64,000 bases of DNA from Camelus ferus (lineage: Eukaryota). Position 1 is the first letter of the stretch; the number at the start of each line of letters is the position of its first letter. The notes beneath the pieces were generated by a model. It had not been told where the DNA came from, made no database searches, and saw only the letters and a list, made by a program, of their open reading frames with translations. Both the position numbers and the translations under genes were made by a program. Shown here in pieces: positions 51,316 to 64,000 of the stretch. The DNA lies in contig NC_045697.1 of the NCBI RefSeq assembly GCF_009834535.1, positions 71,798,001-71,862,000 on the forward strand, written 5' to 3'.

Positions 51316-52399
51316 GTGGGTTGTATTTATCTTCACTTTTATAAAATGCAAAAAAAAAAAAAAAAAGAGAGAACTTCTTTGTTGAGAAAGAATGTGAAAG
51401 CCTTCTATCCTGAGTATGCTTTGAAACATTTCAACACATATGAACTAAATAGATTACAGAAACATTTGTGTGCAAAATCCATGAGCAGTAATTTAAAGAA
51501 ATTAACTATTCAGAAAATAGCAAAGAAAGAACTCAAAGGGAAATGGCACCGAGGCCAAAGTGTGGCTAATACAACACATACAGAGTAAATAAATCTTAGA
51601 GGAGTTGTAAATACATACTTCTTTAGCAAAAGGAATGTGATGAGTCTATTTGAACCACAATTTATACAGTCCTCAAAGTCTAGTTATAGGAAAAGATATA
51701 ATGCCAAAATATTGTTCATATAAATATGCATTACTTCACATTGTAGAGTTAACTGAAAATTAATTGCCAACAAGAAGCTAAAAATAACACTAAGCAAAAA
51801 CAGCAGCAATGGAAAACTAAGACCAGTTCAAGACAATACCAGTGAAGTCCTGACCAAAAATTTTCTCCTTAAAAATCGTGGAATTCCAACTACCTACACA
51901 TGTGATGTAGAAAATTTGCACTGTTACCCAGGGTCATGTGGCAGCTGGATTTCTTGCTAAAATCCAGAAGTTAGGGCCCTTGGTAAATTTTCTTAATGAG
52001 CCAGTTTTCGTTTACCAAATTTTAATAGCCCTGTAAGCTCTCTTACGTTTTGCATAAATCGTACGTAATCATTCAAAGTCATTCACTCTGAAGAACGGCT
52101 TGAAGTGTTTGCCTTTCTGGGTTATTCTGTGGCTCACTAGTGCGCTGTAAACCTAAGTAGCCCACAGCAGATAGACTCATGAGACTCATTTGACTATAGC
52201 AGAATTGTGAGGTACCACCTAGCCCAGGAGTTCACGAAAATATCTTTGTCAAACAAAGATACTTCTACAAGATCTGAAGGACTATGCAACAGTGGCATAT
52301 TTTCTTCAGAACAAGATTTTGGAAAAAAGCAAAAGAATACAAATGCCCAACACTTAGGTTATTCTCCCTCAAAAACAAAATTTGAACTCAAGGACTTTG

Positions 52400-52535
52400 T
52401 GGGGTTTTTTTTTTTTTTCATTTTTGTATTTTTTCATTAACGGTTACCACAAGATATTGAATACAGTTCCCTGTGCTATACAGAAGAAATTTTTTTAATC
52501 TATTTTATATATAGTAGTTAGTATTTGCAGATCTT
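52400..52535 (-). mobile_element. Short L1 3'-UTR insertion with TSD aaggactttg
   Basis: similar to 1105-1218 of the L1 in this window; T tail; direct repeats at 52390-52399 and 52536-52545. Confidence 0.85.
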
Positions 52536-52720
52536 AAGGACTTTGATGTAGCTGAGCTTTATAACGATTCTTTCCTTTTAAGATGGAGGATTGTCCCTCC
52601 GGTTGCCTCAACAAAGCTGTTTTTCTGTGACTGTGAAAGGCAGCTATGACTTTATCATGTTCCTTTGTTCAGCCTTAAAATGGAGAAATGCTAACTCTGT
52701 CTTTTTTTTTTTCCCCTTAG

Positions 52721-52780
52721 CCTCCTCCTCGATTCCAAGTTGAAAAAGAATTTGGTTTCTGTTTCAGGAAAGATCACTAA
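52721..52780 (+). CDS. BANK1: BANK1 last coding exon (~exon 16), PPPRFQVEKEFGFCFRKDH*; exon continues 5 nt of UTR to 52785
   Basis: ctaac branch point at 52691-52695, strong pyrimidine tract, tag acceptor; TAA at 52778-52780; aag|gtaaaa donor at 52786; resembles the BANK1 C-terminus (VEKEFGFC..KDH). Confidence 0.94.
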   Translation, partial: PPPRFQVEKEFGFCFRKDH

Positions 52781-53052
52781 AGAAGGTAAAATATCAGCTA
52801 TATATACAACTATATTTTTTAGAAAACCTAAAACAGCCTTATTGGGAACTTGAGAGAATCGTTTGTCTAGCAAACAGAACACTTTAAATATTTCATTGTC
52901 TTCTCCTGAAAGGATAAACATGTGTTATTTTTCAAACTAAAGGTGATTGCTCCTTAGAAAGATTTATGTCTGGGGGTGATTTTGTGCTAGCTAGTCAATT
53001 TCAGTTGATGATTCAGTATTCACTAATACATTTCCTGTGATCTTATTTTCAG

Positions 53053-53800
53053 GTTATCATAATGAAACTGAAGGCTCTGCAGACACTGTGCTTTCTGGGT
53101 GACGCAAGCTTGCGTTTGGATTGCCTGCTGTCTTCAGGGCAAATCTATACTATGAAAACAGAAGCAAGCTCCTGGATTTCAGAATTTGCTATTGCCACAA
53201 TTTATTGGCATTAGACCTGCTTCAGATGGGTATATCAAGATTAACATTGATCGCTGTAGAGCAATTGCATTCTTTGAACATTCTTGCATTTGACAATGCA
53301 CTTTGCCACTGAAGTAGCTATTTCCTGTCTTGAAAGTTAAAGAGAAGTTAACTGCTCTGTAGCAAGTTATTGGGCCTGTTTAAGGGGCTAACCTTAATAG
53401 TTTACTCCTCCTACACTTAGAGTAACCATAAAAAATACAAATTTGCTTCGTACATATTTGCTTTTCAAATGGGTGATCTGTTTTCTCAATTTCTCACGTT
53501 CAAAGCTCTAATTATTGTTGTCACGTCATGCTTGCAGCTACCTTTCCTTTTTTAGAGTCTATTTGCATATAATCTTGAGAACATTATTTTTTTAACTTTC
53601 TATATCTCAAATTAATATACATTTCCAAACCTATATTCTCTATTTGAAGGCTTACAATTTCATCAACCTATTTCTTAGAAACAATTTACTAACTTAGAAT
53701 AGAATGCGGTTTTATCATTCTGTGATTTCTATACACAGTTGCTGCAAACAAAGTGAATAAAGCTATGTCTGACCTTTAAAAATAAATGTATGAGAATTAA
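53053..53800 (+). other. BANK1: BANK1 terminal non-coding (3'-UTR) exon; 3' end approximate
   Basis: tcttattttcag acceptor ending 53052 after a 267-nt intron; AATAAA cluster ~700-800 nt downstream. Confidence 0.75.
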
Positions 53801-53862
53801 CCTCTAAATTCTTCTGCTTACCAGTTTACAAAGAGAAGTCAACCAACATTTTTTTAAATAAA
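53756..53862 (+). terminator. Candidate polyadenylation signals (AATAAA at 53756, 53781 and 53857)
   Basis: three AATAAA hexamers at the expected end of the UTR exon; which one is used is unknown. Confidence 0.6.
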
Positions 53863-55370
53863 CTCGATTTATTTCACTGTGTAGGGCCCATAAATTAAAC
53901 ACATAAATGATTTTTTCTAGCTTCTAAACAGTAGAGGTATCTATTAAAAATGATTCTGCAGTGATTGATACGGACAGCTATTTAAAGTGACTCTGCGAAA
54001 CAGTGCCTGTAAGTTTCTCATGACTAGTAACACTCTCAAGCTCAAGTCTTGAAAAATAATATAGTAGTTTGATCAATCCCTAATAGAAAGTACTTTGTCA
54101 TTATGACATTTGGAAATTTGGTCCATAGTTTCACATCTAAGCTTTCAAGAAATGGAATGTCCTTCCACACTCAGAGCCCCCATTTCTGTGGATTGTCCCA
54201 TCCAAAGAGTCAGGAAAAGTAATAGGAAAACTGACTGCTTTTCTATAGTTTTCTACATCTACAGAATTCAAATGTGCCTTATTATTGCTAAAGTAAGAAT
54301 TTCCATATTGGCCTGTGACGAGTGCCTACAAGCCCACTGTGGCCTGCATTCTTATTAAAAATGTGAAATCCATTAACAGGCAAAATGTGAACTTTTCTAA
54401 TTACAAAGCACTTTAGATCATTTCTTACCTGAGACTCAGTTAGGGTGGAAGTGGGAGATAAAGCCTGACTGTTATTCAGATCTTTAACATAGGAAGAAGT
54501 CTCAATTCAAGACCTCTAAATACTGTCTTTATGAACTGGGCTAATTTAGAATAAAACCATGGTGAGAAAAAAAAAAAACCCTTTAATAGTCTCTTTCCCT
54601 AGACACTCTGGCCCTTGAAATCTTATTACTTGGTCATCACAACGAAATGTAGAACAAGAAACCTAAAAGTAACTGAGGTCCTCCCAGTGCCTCCCTAGCC
54701 ATAGCTCCTCCCCTCCGTGAATGATTAGGCTTTGCTAGAGGAAGGAAGATGTTAGAGGAGTTGGAGCTGGGGGATCGGAAGGAGTTCACATCATGCCATT
54801 TGCATGGAAGGGAGGATGAATATTAGAGCAATGCTAAGGTGGAAGAAAGGTAATCCATTTTCAAGAATGATCCCAACTGAAAAAGTCCAGAGGGAAGCAG
54901 TATTTTTTAAACTCTGGCTTTATCCCTAACATACGGAATACTGTCCAGCAAATTTGAGTCACACTACAGAAGCTTTTTTTAGTGATGGAAGAGATCAGAT
55001 GTTGGGATCTAGACTAGCAGACTAGGAAGAGAGGAACTTTCCTTGGAGATTTCCTAGTCACGGACAGAAAAGAAAGACCTACATGGAAGATCTTCTGAAG
55101 ATTTTGCACTGATTCTGGAGGCCTGAGCAACCAGTAGGTAATATATTTTATCTTTCCCATCATCCCTTCCTCAATTTGGATTAGTTCCCAAGCCATCACT
55201 CGTAACTTAAACAAGAACTAGCCCCTTCCTCGGGTCCTTAAATTTACCTGACTGACTTCTAGAGAAATTTGGATTGGTATTAAATGTTATCAAAAGAATA
55301 TGTTTAATATTAATTCCATTCTCTTCTACTTAGTCAATTTTCTAGGATAAAAAAAGAGAAGCATCTAGAC

Positions 55371-55550
55371 TAGTGGTTCTCAGCTGGGGCACTTGGCAGG
55401 ACCTGGAGACATATTTATCGTCACGACTGTGGGGCAGGTGCTCTTGGCATCTAGTGTGTAGAGACAAGGGAGGCTGATAAATATCCTGTAATACACAGGA
55501 CCAAGAATTATCTTGTCCAAAATGTCAACAGTGCGAGGTCGGGAAACTTG
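55371..55550 (+). mobile_element. MER20-like DNA transposon
   Basis: tagtggttctca...ggagacat...tcacgact...tggcatctagtg.gtagag...atcctgtaatacacaggac..aagaattatc..gtccaaaatgtcaacagtgcgaggt. Confidence 0.85.
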
Positions 55551-58075
55551 ATCTATGTGATGAAGTAAAATGAGGCTAACACTTAAAAGAATGTTGTTAA
55601 AATAAAAACAGTTAACTTTATATGGAATCTTCTGAACATGGAACCCCCCGTGATAACATAAATCTGTGTTTTTATTTTGAAGTGCATGTGGCATAACTTA
55701 AATAGGCCATTAAATACTGAAAAGAATGGATGGCTCTAATACATTTCCATAAATCAAACATGAGATTATTCTACTAGTGGAGACTCCAATCTTTAAAAAA
55801 AAATGAGACTATTGTCAGGATTTTTCTAATGAAAAGTAACTTAAGTCATTATTGTATCCTATTTGTGCGCTAAGTATTGGCTCATCTGAGTTCCTTCCTG
55901 ATGCCGATAATGCTCAGGGGGTCTGACTCTGATAACCTGGACTTAACTGAATTTTACTGCATATTGCTTTTCTAAATGGGTAAATACTTAAGAAAGGGGT
56001 CTGCATCATGAGCCTGATCTGGTCGCTCCCAGCTAATCAGCACAGAGCTGGTAGGAGGCCCCGCTTGCAGCCCTTTGTGTAACTGTACCTGCCAACCGTA
56101 CCTGTTGGCCTGCCTGATTTTGTGGGGCTGACCTTCAGAGGCAGGGCCTACCACATAGAAGACAGCAGGACGACTAAGTGCAAAAGACCTCACGTTTGTA
56201 AATTACAACGTGTGGTTCCCTTGCTATTCTTCAGAATGCAGGCACTACATGACATCATGCGCTTCCACGAGAAGTGCAGCGCTGCATTCAAGAGCGTGAG
56301 CTTTGAGGTAAGACCCACGAATTTACTATTTGTTCAGCTCTATCCTCGTGATGTAAAATAAACTAGGTCAGTTTTTCAGTTTCCTTCAGCTCTATTAAAT
56401 CATTAGTAAAATGGGATCACCAATACCAACGTTAGCATAGGTTGTTAGAGAATGAAAAGTAAAAAAGATTATTTAATTAATTTATCATCCAAAGAGGACA
56501 CTTTTGATGGCAAAATGGAATACTGCTAATGATTATGCTAAAAAAAAAATGCAGGCATAAACTGGGGTAGACAGTCACTCTACCTAAATGAGACGTAGGT
56601 GATCAGTACATTTTTGGCCCTGGGCAAATACTCAGTGAAGATAGCTGGTGAAAAATAATCCTCTTTGAAATGTGAATACAGTGTGATACACTGGGCAGGC
56701 TGGTTATCTGACTGGCTGTTAGGCACAGCATTATCGCGTATGAATCAAATCCATATCGTTATTTTAAAAACAATGATTCCAAAGTGTTGAGTGACCACCT
56801 GGACCACCCATAAACACCAAGCATCAAGTCAAAAAAATGCATCAGTGGTAAGTAAGGTGCTATAACAGCATTTCCCAAATTCTGTGACAAAGAGCTCATG
56901 TGTATTCAATTAAAAAGGATTTCTGTGATCAGGTGAGTTGGGAAAGTGCTATATATTTTGGTCCCTTTTGGAAAGCCTATTAGACGGCCCGATATTGAAG
57001 ACTGCTGTCCTGCAATAAAGAAATCTATACAGTTTGAAAACCTCTGGCTTACATTTTATGTATACGTAAGCTGGCCTCCTTTTCCATTTAATGGGAAAAG
57101 GAAAACTGGCTGAAGGATGTTCGCAGTGATATGTCAAGACGGAGTCTGAAATCTGGGTTCAGTGGGAAACTGTGTCAAGATCAATCAATGATGTTGGCCG
57201 TGGCAAATGGTGGGGGCGGGGTAAGTGGAGCTGGTAGCATGCGTGATACTTACTTGGCATTCAGAATTTTCACCTGGTTAGCATAAAGCGAAAGTGTAAG
57301 TTCTGGATTTTGCAAATAATGAAAGTTGGTTTCAGTCAGAATAAAGATAATTTGTCATCAAACAAATGAATTAGTGAACATGTCTCTGAGTACAATGCTG
57401 TAATTTCTGTTCTCTGTTTCTTTGTATGTCTTTAAATCAACATCAAATTTGGTTCCACTGATGTAAGACCATTCAAAGATGCCGTGCCTTGAAGTATATA
57501 AAATGCTGGATTTCTGAGTCCATGGAAACAAGGGGGGAGAGTTTTCTTCAGATTGCCTTTCTGCCCTCTATTGCGTGAGGTGACCCTCAGAGACAGAAAT
57601 TAGCCTTCAGGAAATTAGCCAGCAATATCTGATGGATTATTTCTTTATTTCTCAAGGTAGGGATAGACATGTTATATCAACTATGATAAAACTGCTACAG
57701 TTTTGCCCCTGGCACTTTTTTTTCTTCACTTGAGGAAAAAAAAAGTCAAGGGATTCGGGGATATGTGGGCTGAGGCTGTTTTGGCATTCATGCCTGGCAC
57801 CCAGTGAAAGCATCTGCAGTCACCCTAAGGAGCCTTAAGCATCCTTGCCAGACATTGGCATTTGTCATAATGTTGCAAAAGGAGATGCTTTGTAACTCAG
57901 ACATGGCAAGTCATGCCTGGTACCTCCCAGATCTTCTGAATCAGCAGACTCGGGGAATCCCAGCAGATGACTTGTCATTAATATTGACATTGAAGAGCAT
58001 AAGAGCTGTACTTGTGATCACCATATGTTTTCTTCACCCTCGCATCTATATATTGGTACTGTAACTGAGATGTTT

Positions 58076-58244
58076 TGTTTTGTCTTGTTTTATTTTATTT
58101 TATTTATTTTATTTTATTTTATTTTATTTTATTTTAGAAGAACACCTACATAAGTCTACCCTCTAAGCAGAAATTCTTTAGTGTATAATACATTATTGTT
58201 AACTGTAGGTACAATGCTGTACAACAGATCTCTAGAGCTTACTT
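58076..58244 (-). mobile_element. L1MA-like 3' end with (TTTTA)n tail and TSD tgagatgttt
   Basis: ttattgttaactgtaggtacaatgctgtacaacagatctctaga; direct repeats at 58066-58075 and 58245-58254. Confidence 0.8.
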
Positions 58245-58896
58245 TGAGATGTTTATACACCTTTTCAATTGGATTTTGGTCACGAGAGACCTTTAAGGGT
58301 TTAGTAAGACTAACCCATCTATGATGATCAAAACTATTGCTTCTTCACCTTCTTGAGAAAGATAAAGAGAAGCAAGCTTTAGGCTTTTCTGATGAATAAA
58401 CCAGTTCTTCAGCCAGAAGAGCAAACGTCCGTGAAGTTTCTGCTCCTGTTCCAGCCTCTGAAATGAGAGTGGGAGAAATAGCAATAGTCTTTAGAAATTT
58501 TAGCAGAAAAATTATTTGAAAAAGTTCTTTTAAACCCACAAAAGAATAGCAGTAGTTTAAGATCAGAGAGAATAGCAAAAGCAAAGGCCCTGTGGCAGAA
58601 GGAAACTGAGCGTCTGAGATACTAAGCACAGCCGGTATGACCAGAGCACAGAGGGCAAAGGAAAACATAGAATATGATGAAAATGGATCATGCAGGGCAA
58701 TAGTTAGGATTCTGTTTTTTCCAGAAAACAATGGAAATCATAAACAAGTTTTCAGGAAAGAAGATGTCATATGTGCATTTTGAAGTGAACACTTCAGCTG
58801 CACTAGGGACAACAAACTGAAAAGAATGTATCAAACCAGGTAGGAATTAGTTGTCCAGGTACAAAGCCTCATATTTGCTCTTAATTTTGAAACCAC

Positions 58897-59486
58897 ATAT
58901 ATTCCATGCTATGTAACAAGTTGCCACAAACTTAGCAGCTTAAAATAACACATTTATGATCTCAGAGTTTCGCTGGGTCATGAATCTGGGCATGACTTAG
59001 CTGGGTCCTCTGCTTGGATGCTCACAAGTCTACAAGCAAGATGTCAACTAGGCTGAATTTTCATCCAGAGGCTCAAATGGGGAATAACCTGCTTCCAAGC
59101 TCATTCAGGTTGTTAACAGAATGCTTTCCCTTGTGGCTGTATGACTGAGGGCATGTCTTAGAGGCCTCATGCCATTATTTGCCACATGGCTGTCATCAAC
59201 ATGATTACTTACTCCATCAAGTGCACGGGAGTCTCTCACCTCGGGGGGAACCCTGCCCTCATTTAGGGCTTCTACCTGAGAGAGACAGGCTCACCCAAGA
59301 TACGTCTTTTTATTATCTCAAATTCAACTAATTTGAGACCTTAATTCCTTCACTTTGCCATATTCTGTCATCTAGAAGCAAGTCAAAATTCTACCTCCAC
59401 CCAATGGGGGAAATGTTTAACACTGAGCTTGGACACCAGGGAACAGAGATCATGGTGCCACCTTAGAATTATGTCTCCCATACCAC
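58897..59486 (-). mobile_element. MLT1 (ERVL-MaLR) solo LTR
   Basis: tgtaacaagttgccacaaacttagcagcttaaaataacacatttat...cttagctgggtcctctgct...cttccaagctcattcaggttgtt are typical MLT1 motifs. Confidence 0.85.
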
Positions 59487-60119
59487 CAAACCCTTAAGTT
59501 TTCATATTACAAACTACTGAAAACTAGTTTCAGTTACCAGTGGGATTTTCCTACATAGATCTTATCTTTCATGTTACTAAGAACATTGCTGAGAGACGAT
59601 TCCCCTCCTTGAGATATTCATAATGCTTCTCCATACTATAAATTTATTCCATGTCATATAATAACTTACAATAAGTGTGAACGCCGTGCGTTCCTTTTTC
59701 GTATTTCAGTAAATTGCAATATCTCCCTCAGTATTTTCTGGTTTTATTTCTACCTGAATCTGCTTTTACATTTGTGTTTAGCTAAGTGTTTCTCTGCAAC
59801 ACCACAATCCCTCAGTATAGATACACATTTGGCATTGAAAACAAAGACATGGGAGCCAAAAAGAGTGGCATGGATCATAAGCTATCTGTGTGACTTTCTT
59901 GAGCTTACTAAGTTTTCATTACATTTGCCAATGCAGATTCCTCTCAGAATTATGCAGACCCATCCTGGGATCCAACACTGCTAGCAATGGTACCCAGAAA
60001 ACAATCAAAAAATTTCAGAAAGCTAAAATTTCATCTGTGAACTTTTAAATCACTCCTTGTTTCCCTGGTACTCAAAGTAGTACTTTAAGTTCTATTTAAT
60101 ACTTGGAAGCACATTTTTT

Positions 60120-60430
60120 TCAGAGCAGCAGTGAAAAGCTATTGGAATGTTTTAAGCAGAAAAATTCACTTTGACTGCAGGATGGAGGAAAGGTGTAGAG
60201 AGGCAAGAGTACAGAAGCAGGGGGCTCGTGTGGTATTCACAAGGTCATGGTGGCTTGGATGAGAGTGATGATTGAGCTGATGGAGAGGAGGCACATTTTA
60301 GACATATTTTTGGGTAGAGTCAACAGCCCCTGCTATTGGGTTTGACGTGGAGGTAAGAAAAAAGAATATAGATAAGGCTGGAATTTTTTGACTTGAACAG
60401 TGTGATGGATGATGGTTTGCCAAGGTGGAA
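60120..60430 (-). mobile_element. L2 LINE fragment
   Basis: ggaatgttttaagcag...atggtggcttgga...gatggagaggag...gtagagtcaacag matches reverse-strand L2. Confidence 0.6.
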
Positions 60431-60961
60431 AAGACCAGAGGGTAGGGTTTGGTGGGTTGTATGACACTGGTCAGGTCATTTAATCTAATTCTCAGTTTCC
60501 TCCTGGATAAAAGAGAACTAAAAGCAGTAGCATTTCATTGGGTAGTTTTGAAGAGTAAATAAGTAATGCTTATGAAACACCTATAACTTGGTAAATGCTC
60601 AATAAACATTGAATTATCATCATCATCTTCATCACCTTTCGTCAGTACATATCTTGAAGTACAGTAAACACAGTTAACCTGTAAAGCTGGCTTCAGTAGC
60701 ATTGGGGCACAACAGCTGAGCTGGTAATATTTCTCTATGTGCTAAATACAGAAACAAAAATTTCATTTGAAAATAATTTTGAATTATATGTCTAAACTCC
60801 TTTCATCCATGGGGATCTGTATCACAGTTTGACAGTTCAGCTTTAGCCACTTGTAAAGTTACCTGTGAATGTAGAATAGCTTGAGGAAAGTTTCCTGATA
60901 TTTTTGTTCATCTGATAAGAAACCTATAGAGGGCTATTATAAGTCTTCAAAATAGGCTAAG

Positions 60962-61451
60962 TGTGAGGGATGTGGATTTAGCACCCATTTTCATTCCCTT
61001 CTGTGAAGACCCTGTATTTAAGGTTCTGAGAGGCTAAAGCATACATCTGTCAGGCTCCCCCGCAGGTAGGGGCGACGTGGGATATGTGTTCCGCCAATGA
61101 GGTAGTCTCATGGGAGATACAGAAGATGCAGGTGAGAGAGAAAGCACTTCCCTGCTGCTGTGAAGCCAGCCAAGAGGTTGGACTCACCTTAGTGTCTGTG
61201 GCCAGTGGGATCCACACTGAAGGGTCTGGCCACCAGTCTCAAAGCTCTGAGGGCAGGTGGTGTGGCATCAATGGTGTAATAACACAACTGCTTCCTGACT
61301 TCTGGATTTTAGCTAAAGTAGTGCTAATCTGAACCAACTCCCCCAGCTCTTTGAAAGATTTTATAATCTCTTCATTCCTTGTATTAAGTTCCCTTTTGAT
61401 TGAAATGTCTAGAAAGCTTTCTGTTTCCTAAGTGGAGTGCTGACTAGTACA
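60962..61451 (+). mobile_element. LTR33/LTR16-like ERVL solo LTR
   Basis: tgt start, cattcccttct motif, ttccctttt...tttctgtttcct...tgactagtaca end. Confidence 0.45.
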
Positions 61452-64000
61452 CTGAGTCATATCTGGAGTCTAATTTAACTTAGTTTTTCACTTGTTTTTA
61501 TCTGATAACATTTTTCCTATATGAAATTTCCAATCTATTTACCTTACTGCTCAATTTTCATTTGAAGCACTCAATTCACATTTCAGGTGCTTACTTGATG
61601 TTTGTTAAATGAATAAATATTATGAGGTCATCATCTGGGTTATCTGATTCATAACATAGTAACTTCTTCCTCCTCCAGCTTGCAAATCAACCTAATACAA
61701 TATTCATCAAATTGCTCATATATTTATAATCATATAAAATCTTTTTGAACTTTATGTAATCTAAGCATAGATATAATACCTTACAGCATAATTTCAGTAA
61801 ACTTAAATACCAGTATTTACCACAGTTGCAACCAGATCTTTATTCATTGACTGCCTAGTTATGAAATCTGTGTTCTCTTTCAATTATCTCTTAAGAATAT
61901 TTAGTTAAATCAAATGACCTTCATTAAACTCATTTTTCATCAAAATCTAAAAATACCAAATTACGAATTCAGGAAGAATTTCACTTACATCTATAATCGT
62001 GGCATCAGCCTTAAATTATTCATTGATTAGATCTTTTGTTAGTTCTCTTCTTGACATAAAAATTTTAGATTGTGTTGAGTATGATTATTTCCTCTTTAAA
62101 TATGTTCAGATCTTCATTATTAATAGCTTTATAATCTGACTTTAACCCTACTTTGAAGGTCCAGATTGCAGAAAAACAAACTTTAGAAAACCTGGCACCA
62201 AACGAGACATTCATCAGATTTGTGGCTAGAATATAAAACTTTTTTAGTTTTAAAATATAGTGGGTACACAAAGGTAAAAAAAAAAAGTTTTTTTTTAAAA
62301 GTTAATGAATTGAATACTAATGGGTGGCCCCAGTTAGTTTGAGTCACAATAGCATTTGCTCAGATCTATTTTCCTTCCGAGGCTGAAGCTGAGCAGAGTC
62401 CAGCGTTCCAGACACTAGCTCTTAAAAGGAGAGTACCGTCCGTCAAATGCAGTGGTCCACTGAGGAAAAACCAGTGCAGCCTTCTGAACCATTTCATTTA
62501 CCTTGGAACTAAATATAAGGTTTTCTTAAGACCAACATTGCCATTAGATTTTAACATATTTTTAAAAATAGTTTCATTCCACTAATATCCATCAACATGG
62601 GGCACAAATAACACAATCATAGTTGGTAATTTTTAAATAGGCACTTAATCAATTGCCTGTTCTACAAACATCCTGCATAGAAAACAACCATGAAAATTGG
62701 GAGGGTTGGATGTCCTTTCCAGAATAATGGTGGGTAACTTATGTCTCACCTCTTGTTTCAACATAGGCTGCTGCTTGTTTCAATTTCCACTCAAATGTAT
62801 TCATCCTCTTTCTTTTTATTAGTTTATGCATAAGGAACACAGTAAAGACACATAAGACATTTTTATGCTGAAGACATAGGTTTATCATAATAATCTATTT
62901 AACATTTTTAAGAAAGAGCTGATCCTTTGGCTACTAATTTTGAGAGGAAAAGACTGTAACAGGGCATCCTCCCATGGAAGGACAATGGAAGGGAGGGAGT
63001 GGCATCTGACTCCCTTAGGGACTTGCTTTTTTTCCATCACAGAGGAAGGTACCATGTTTATGAAAATCATGGGAAAACTTTAAATAAGACTTGAGAATCT
63101 TCTGGGTCTAGGTGAACAAACGCTACATAGAATAGTGGAGAAGACACCTTCATTCTCACGTGGTTTTGGCTGAGAACGAGGTGGGTCACCAGTGGTGGCA
63201 GTGTCTTCTTGCTGAAGAGTCTTTAGAGGAGGTGAGAACTATCCGAAAGCATTCTAAAGTGACCCCTTTTGCACCCACAGGTTAAAATGACCTATATCAT
63301 TCAGACAGCACTTGAATTTGGTAAGTTTTGTCACATAGTAATTACCTGTACACAAAAACATTTATTTCTATACAAAATAAAACATTCTCCAGGAGTCATC
63401 AATCATTCATTTGTGGTTGAGGTCATTTATTATAATGCCTATATTTCATATTTTAAAACCAGATTTTATCTTCCATTCATTTAGGGGAAGAACAAAATGT
63501 CTCAATTATTTTTCGAAGACTTAACTCAAATTCAAAATCCCCTGTGCGAAAGTGGAATGTCCATCAGCTTTTAAAGTGCTAGTGACTATGGCTTGTAGGT
63601 TGCCTTTTTGTTTTTTTACCAGACACTGTGCAAGCTGCTTTATATATATTATGTCTTATCTTCACAGCTATCTTAGATATTTGGCATTACTGCTTTATAC
63701 ATGTATGAACAGATTCCTAAAATTAAATATTTATTACTGATATTCCTTTTAGTACTAGTAGCCAATGGGTAATTTAGAAGACAGAGCCTAATCTTTCTTA
63801 TGTATGAGCCTGAGGATCTTTCTAATCCTTGAGAAATTGATCATTTTCATTTGGTGCCACAGACCTTTCCTTCCAGCAGCAAACATCTGTCATATCTGGC
63901 TACCCAGGATCTGAACCTCCCTACCCTCTTCCTATTGGTGCTGCCATCATTCCTTTTGAGGTGATTCCCCATTGACTGTAGCTTTCACAAGAAAAGAATT

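Noticed and set aside
9787..53800. BANK1 as an established pseudogene
   Set aside because: Only one lesion is visible. All other exons, phases and splice sites are intact, so old pseudogenisation is unsupported.
1..64000. Most of the 60-190 aa ORFs in the supplied track
   Set aside because: Many use non-ATG starts, are low-complexity, antisense to exons or transposon-derived; such ORFs are expected by chance in mammalian introns.
54000..64000. Exons of a neighbouring protein-coding gene
   Set aside because: No recognisable coding sequence on either strand; the region is dominated by old repeats.

Overview
AT-rich mammalian genomic DNA holding the 3' part of BANK1 (B-cell scaffold protein with ankyrin repeats 1) on the + strand. 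Nine coding exons and one 3'-UTR exon (exons 8-17 by human numbering, recalled from memory) lie between 9787 and about 53800, followed by about 10 kb of repeat-rich intergenic DNA. A tRNA-Ala-derived SINE, the L1 3' ends and the absence of Alu, Bov-B/Bov-tA and PRE-type SINEs suggest a camelid (inference). The main anomaly is exon 12. It is 178 nt with an apparent 1-bp deletion at about 44139 that gives a premature stop at 44233-44235, yet it contains an internal in-frame GTAAGT donor at 44101 that would bypass the frameshift. Other leads are a candidate 27-nt poison microexon, a ~93-bp TSD-flanked retrocopy of an unknown mRNA 3' end, an intronic octamer/NF-kB motif cluster, a promoter-like patch in intron 14 and several atypical L1 insertions. 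No prokaryotic-type or clearly novel multi-gene system is visible. Almost all ORFs in the supplied track are spurious or transposon-derived. Repeat family names come from recalled consensus motifs, not from a database search.
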